From positions 33,083 through 97,082 of the forward strand of contig JAEOTA010000058.1 in NCBI GenBank assembly GCA_016840085.1: a DNA stretch of 64,000 bases, written 5' to 3'. Under the pieces are notes generated by a model that was given only the letters and a program-made list of their open reading frames with translations, ran no database searches and was not told the origin of the DNA. Made by a program: the position numbers and the translations under genes. Positions 61,852 to 64,000 of the stretch are shown here, piece after piece (positions within the stretch are counted from its first letter, which is position 1; every line of letters begins with the position of its first letter). Source of the stretch: Promethearchaeota archaeon. GTDB taxonomy: Archaea; Asgardarchaeota; Lokiarchaeia; Sigyniarchaeales; SOKP01.

Positions 61852-62144
61852 TGTTATTAAAACTAGTTTATTGAATAATATCAAAATTTGAGATTCCTAA
61901 ATTACTACTTTGTTTTCTTCTAAATTGAAATCCCTTTGGTGCCATTTCTTTTAAAAAGCCATCCGATGAATGTAATTTTTTAATACTTGTCCACCATGAT
62001 AACTCAAAAGCTAAAGTGAAAAATAGAATAAAATAGTGAACTGTTAATTTGATTAAAAGGGGATTTTATTGAATAAAATTCTTACAAACTTATTCAACTA
62101 AATTTTCAGGACTAATATAGGCAAAATAATACTAAAATATTTGC

Positions 62145-62390
62145 TCAAATGATAGCATTAACCTTCTTATTTATCAATCTATCTTTACTAAATATGTACC
62201 AACATGATATGAATGGGGATAAAAATATCAAAAATCCTAATATTAACACTACTACATAGATCCATATTTTTGAAGGTGGCACGTCATATCTCATTAAATA
62301 CATTATAATCATAATAACCATAAAAGATAATATACACAAAATACACATAATAAAGAAGATTTTATAACTAGAAGGCTTTTTAGAAGGCAC
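62145..62390 (-). CDS. Small two-TM membrane protein
   Basis: Two hydrophobic stretches. Start uncertain. Confidence 0.45.
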   Translation of the reverse strand: MPSKKPSSYKIFFIMCILCILSFMVIMIIMYLMRYDVPPSKIWIYVVVLILGFLIFLSPFISCWYIFSKDRLINKKVNAII

Positions 62391-62742
62391 TGTCGGTTCA
62401 TTTTTTTTAACCCACTTTTCGTTATATGGTCTTATAATATAGATTCCGAGATTTTGAAAGTTTTAAACGCTTATTTAGAGAGAGCAGTAAATTGAAGGAA
62501 TTCCTTGATGCCTGTTAAAATATTTTACAAAATAACTCATTTACTTAATATCACCATTTTATTTAATTAAATTAGCATATATAGCTTTATTTCTCCAGAT
62601 ATTTAAATTTTAAGCTAAAAAATTAATCTAAAGGAAATATATATGAAAAAACATAAAACAATATTATTAAAAATCCTTAATAAGTTATTTCTAATCTAAC
62701 TTCAAAGTAATATTTAAATATTAAGCAATTTATCTTCTTTTT

Positions 62743-63000
62743 ATGGGTGATTTACTTCCTAGAGAAGATGGTAAAGAAAAAGATCTGAAATGTATTAATT
62801 GTGGCGAACCAGCTATTTTTGAATATATGTATGGATGGATTATTGATAACCTAAACAGGACTGATTTCTGTCTGTGTTTAGGATGTGCAATGATGATAGG
62901 ATCAAATATTGTTCAAGATGTGCTGAGAAAGGAAATCGATTTTAAACCAATTGGCAATTATCAGAAATTTATTGAAATCTTAAAAGAAAAATTCTCATAA
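62743..63000 (+). CDS. Small Zn-binding hypothetical protein
   Basis: CINC...CLGC. Confidence 0.55.
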   Translation: MGDLLPREDGKEKDLKCINCGEPAIFEYMYGWIIDNLNRTDFCLCLGCAMMIGSNIVQDVLRKEIDFKPIGNYQKFIEILKEKFS

Positions 63001-63117
63001 ATTCTACAATATTTTTCTATCAGAATGTACTGCAATCCTTGATAAGTACAGCGGATTTGAAGACCTTAATTTTGAAATTTGATCATCTTTAAACCCAGAA
63101 ATATATTTAGACCCAGA

Positions 63118-63387
63118 TTATTCTTCGCCTAAATATTTTTTTATCCAATGCCCTTTCCCTTCATTTAGATATTTATGAGCTTTTGCTATAACTTTAGGTT
63201 TTCCATCCATACTCCAATCTTTAATTAAAGTTATTGTTAATTGATCTCCTTCATCGCACATGTCATGCAACATATCGTGCAACACTAATAAGATATTTTC
63301 TTCTGTTACAATAACATCTGGGGGTACTTGGTATTTCCTTTTACTCATAGCATCGTACATTTCTATAATAAATAATTCTTCACTCAT
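63118..63387 (-). CDS. Hypothetical protein
   Basis: 89 aa, ATG preceded by GAGGA. Confidence 0.55.
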   Translation of the reverse strand: MSEELFIIEMYDAMSKRKYQVPPDVIVTEENILLVLHDMLHDMCDEGDQLTITLIKDWSMDGKPKVIAKAHKYLNEGKGHWIKKYLGEE

Positions 63388-63671
63388 TTTATATTTCCTC
63401 TATATAATAATTTTCATAAATTTTTTCTTTTTCTTTTATTACGTTATCTAATTTTTTCCTTATTTTTGTATCCTTTACTGTTTCATAGGATTCAAATACT
63501 TCATATTTATTGTCAATACTTAATATATACTCATCTAGGATTAATTCATTTAACACCCTAAAAATGAAATATATCTTCAGAATTTTACCATTGATTTTTT
63601 TTGTCTTATATCTTAATAAGTTCCTTATTATTTAAATGAAAATCTCAAACTACAAAGAACTAATAAAAAGG

Positions 63672-63792
63672 TGACTCCTATCAGCAAGACCTAATAGAAG
63701 GTCCAAACTAACATAGGGGGAGGAGGGCGAAATCAGAGTGTAAGAATCTACACTACCAAAAGACAAAAATCCAGGGTGTCTGATAGGAGTCA
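63672..63792. ncRNA. Candidate structured RNA / stem-loop element, copy 2
   Basis: TGACTCCTATCAG / CTGATAGGAGTCA 13-bp closing stem with internal hairpins GACCT..AGGTC and AGTGTA..TACACT. GC-rich island in AT-rich DNA, with a T-run after the stem on the minus strand. Confidence 0.5.
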
Positions 63793-64000
63793 TGGATTTG
63801 GGTTTTATCTTTCCTATTACAAAAATGTAACTTATTTTATTTTTAAACTTTTTTGTGATAGTTAAATTTGGAATATTTAAAGAAAAAAGAAAGGTTAGTT
63901 AAAAAATTCAGTGATGGCAAAATGATTGGATTATAAATAATTTCCAATTTCGTGATAATGAGCATTTTCCACTCGAAATAATTAAGTCAGCCTTAATTTC

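Larger units (their letters stand above)
30892..64000. mobile_element. Putative integrated element / defence island inserted in the DNA methyltransferase gene; right end beyond the window
   Basis: Abrupt gene truncation at the left boundary, then RM, PARIS-like, HEPN, RHH/AbrB, SMC-like and orphan genes with no housekeeping genes. No integrase in the window. Confidence 0.6.

Noticed and set aside
63672-63792. tRNA or conserved leader peptide (both stem elements begin ATGACTCCT on the minus strand)
   Set aside because: No T-arm/D-arm consensus, and the peptides differ after the stem-encoded residues.

Overview
AT-rich (roughly 28-30% GC by eye) archaeal DNA, almost certainly from an Asgard archaeon (Lokiarchaeia). 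It encodes a Loki-type profilin, longin-like proteins, a Rab-like GTPase domain, several secreted proteins with IPGY-TM-basic C-terminal tails, a thermosome, L38e/L40e and the NusA-like/Pth2/TruD block. Bases 1-30.9 kb look like core chromosome with an expanded family of parallel beta-helix (NosD-like) surface proteins and one high-GC, repeat-flanked hydrolase gene. At ~30,890 a site-specific DNA methyltransferase gene is cut mid-domain. From there to the window end (>33 kb) the sequence looks like an integrated element or defence island. It carries a Type IIG restriction-modification fusion, a surface-protein cluster and an RHH/AbrB regulatory pair. It also carries a coupled three-gene operon: HEPN-like protein, then a Rab-GTPase::HEPN::ABC-ATPase fusion, then a DUF4435 TOPRIM protein. 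This is a PARIS-like antiviral system fused to a eukaryote-type small GTPase and is the best candidate novel system. Further on are a five-gene Zn-finger/AAA+/SMC-like operon, a large TFB-domain fusion, and two copies of a covarying 13-bp stem element (candidate ncRNA or MITE). No integrase, tRNA, rRNA or CRISPR array was seen. All family calls come from motif recognition by eye, not from database searches.
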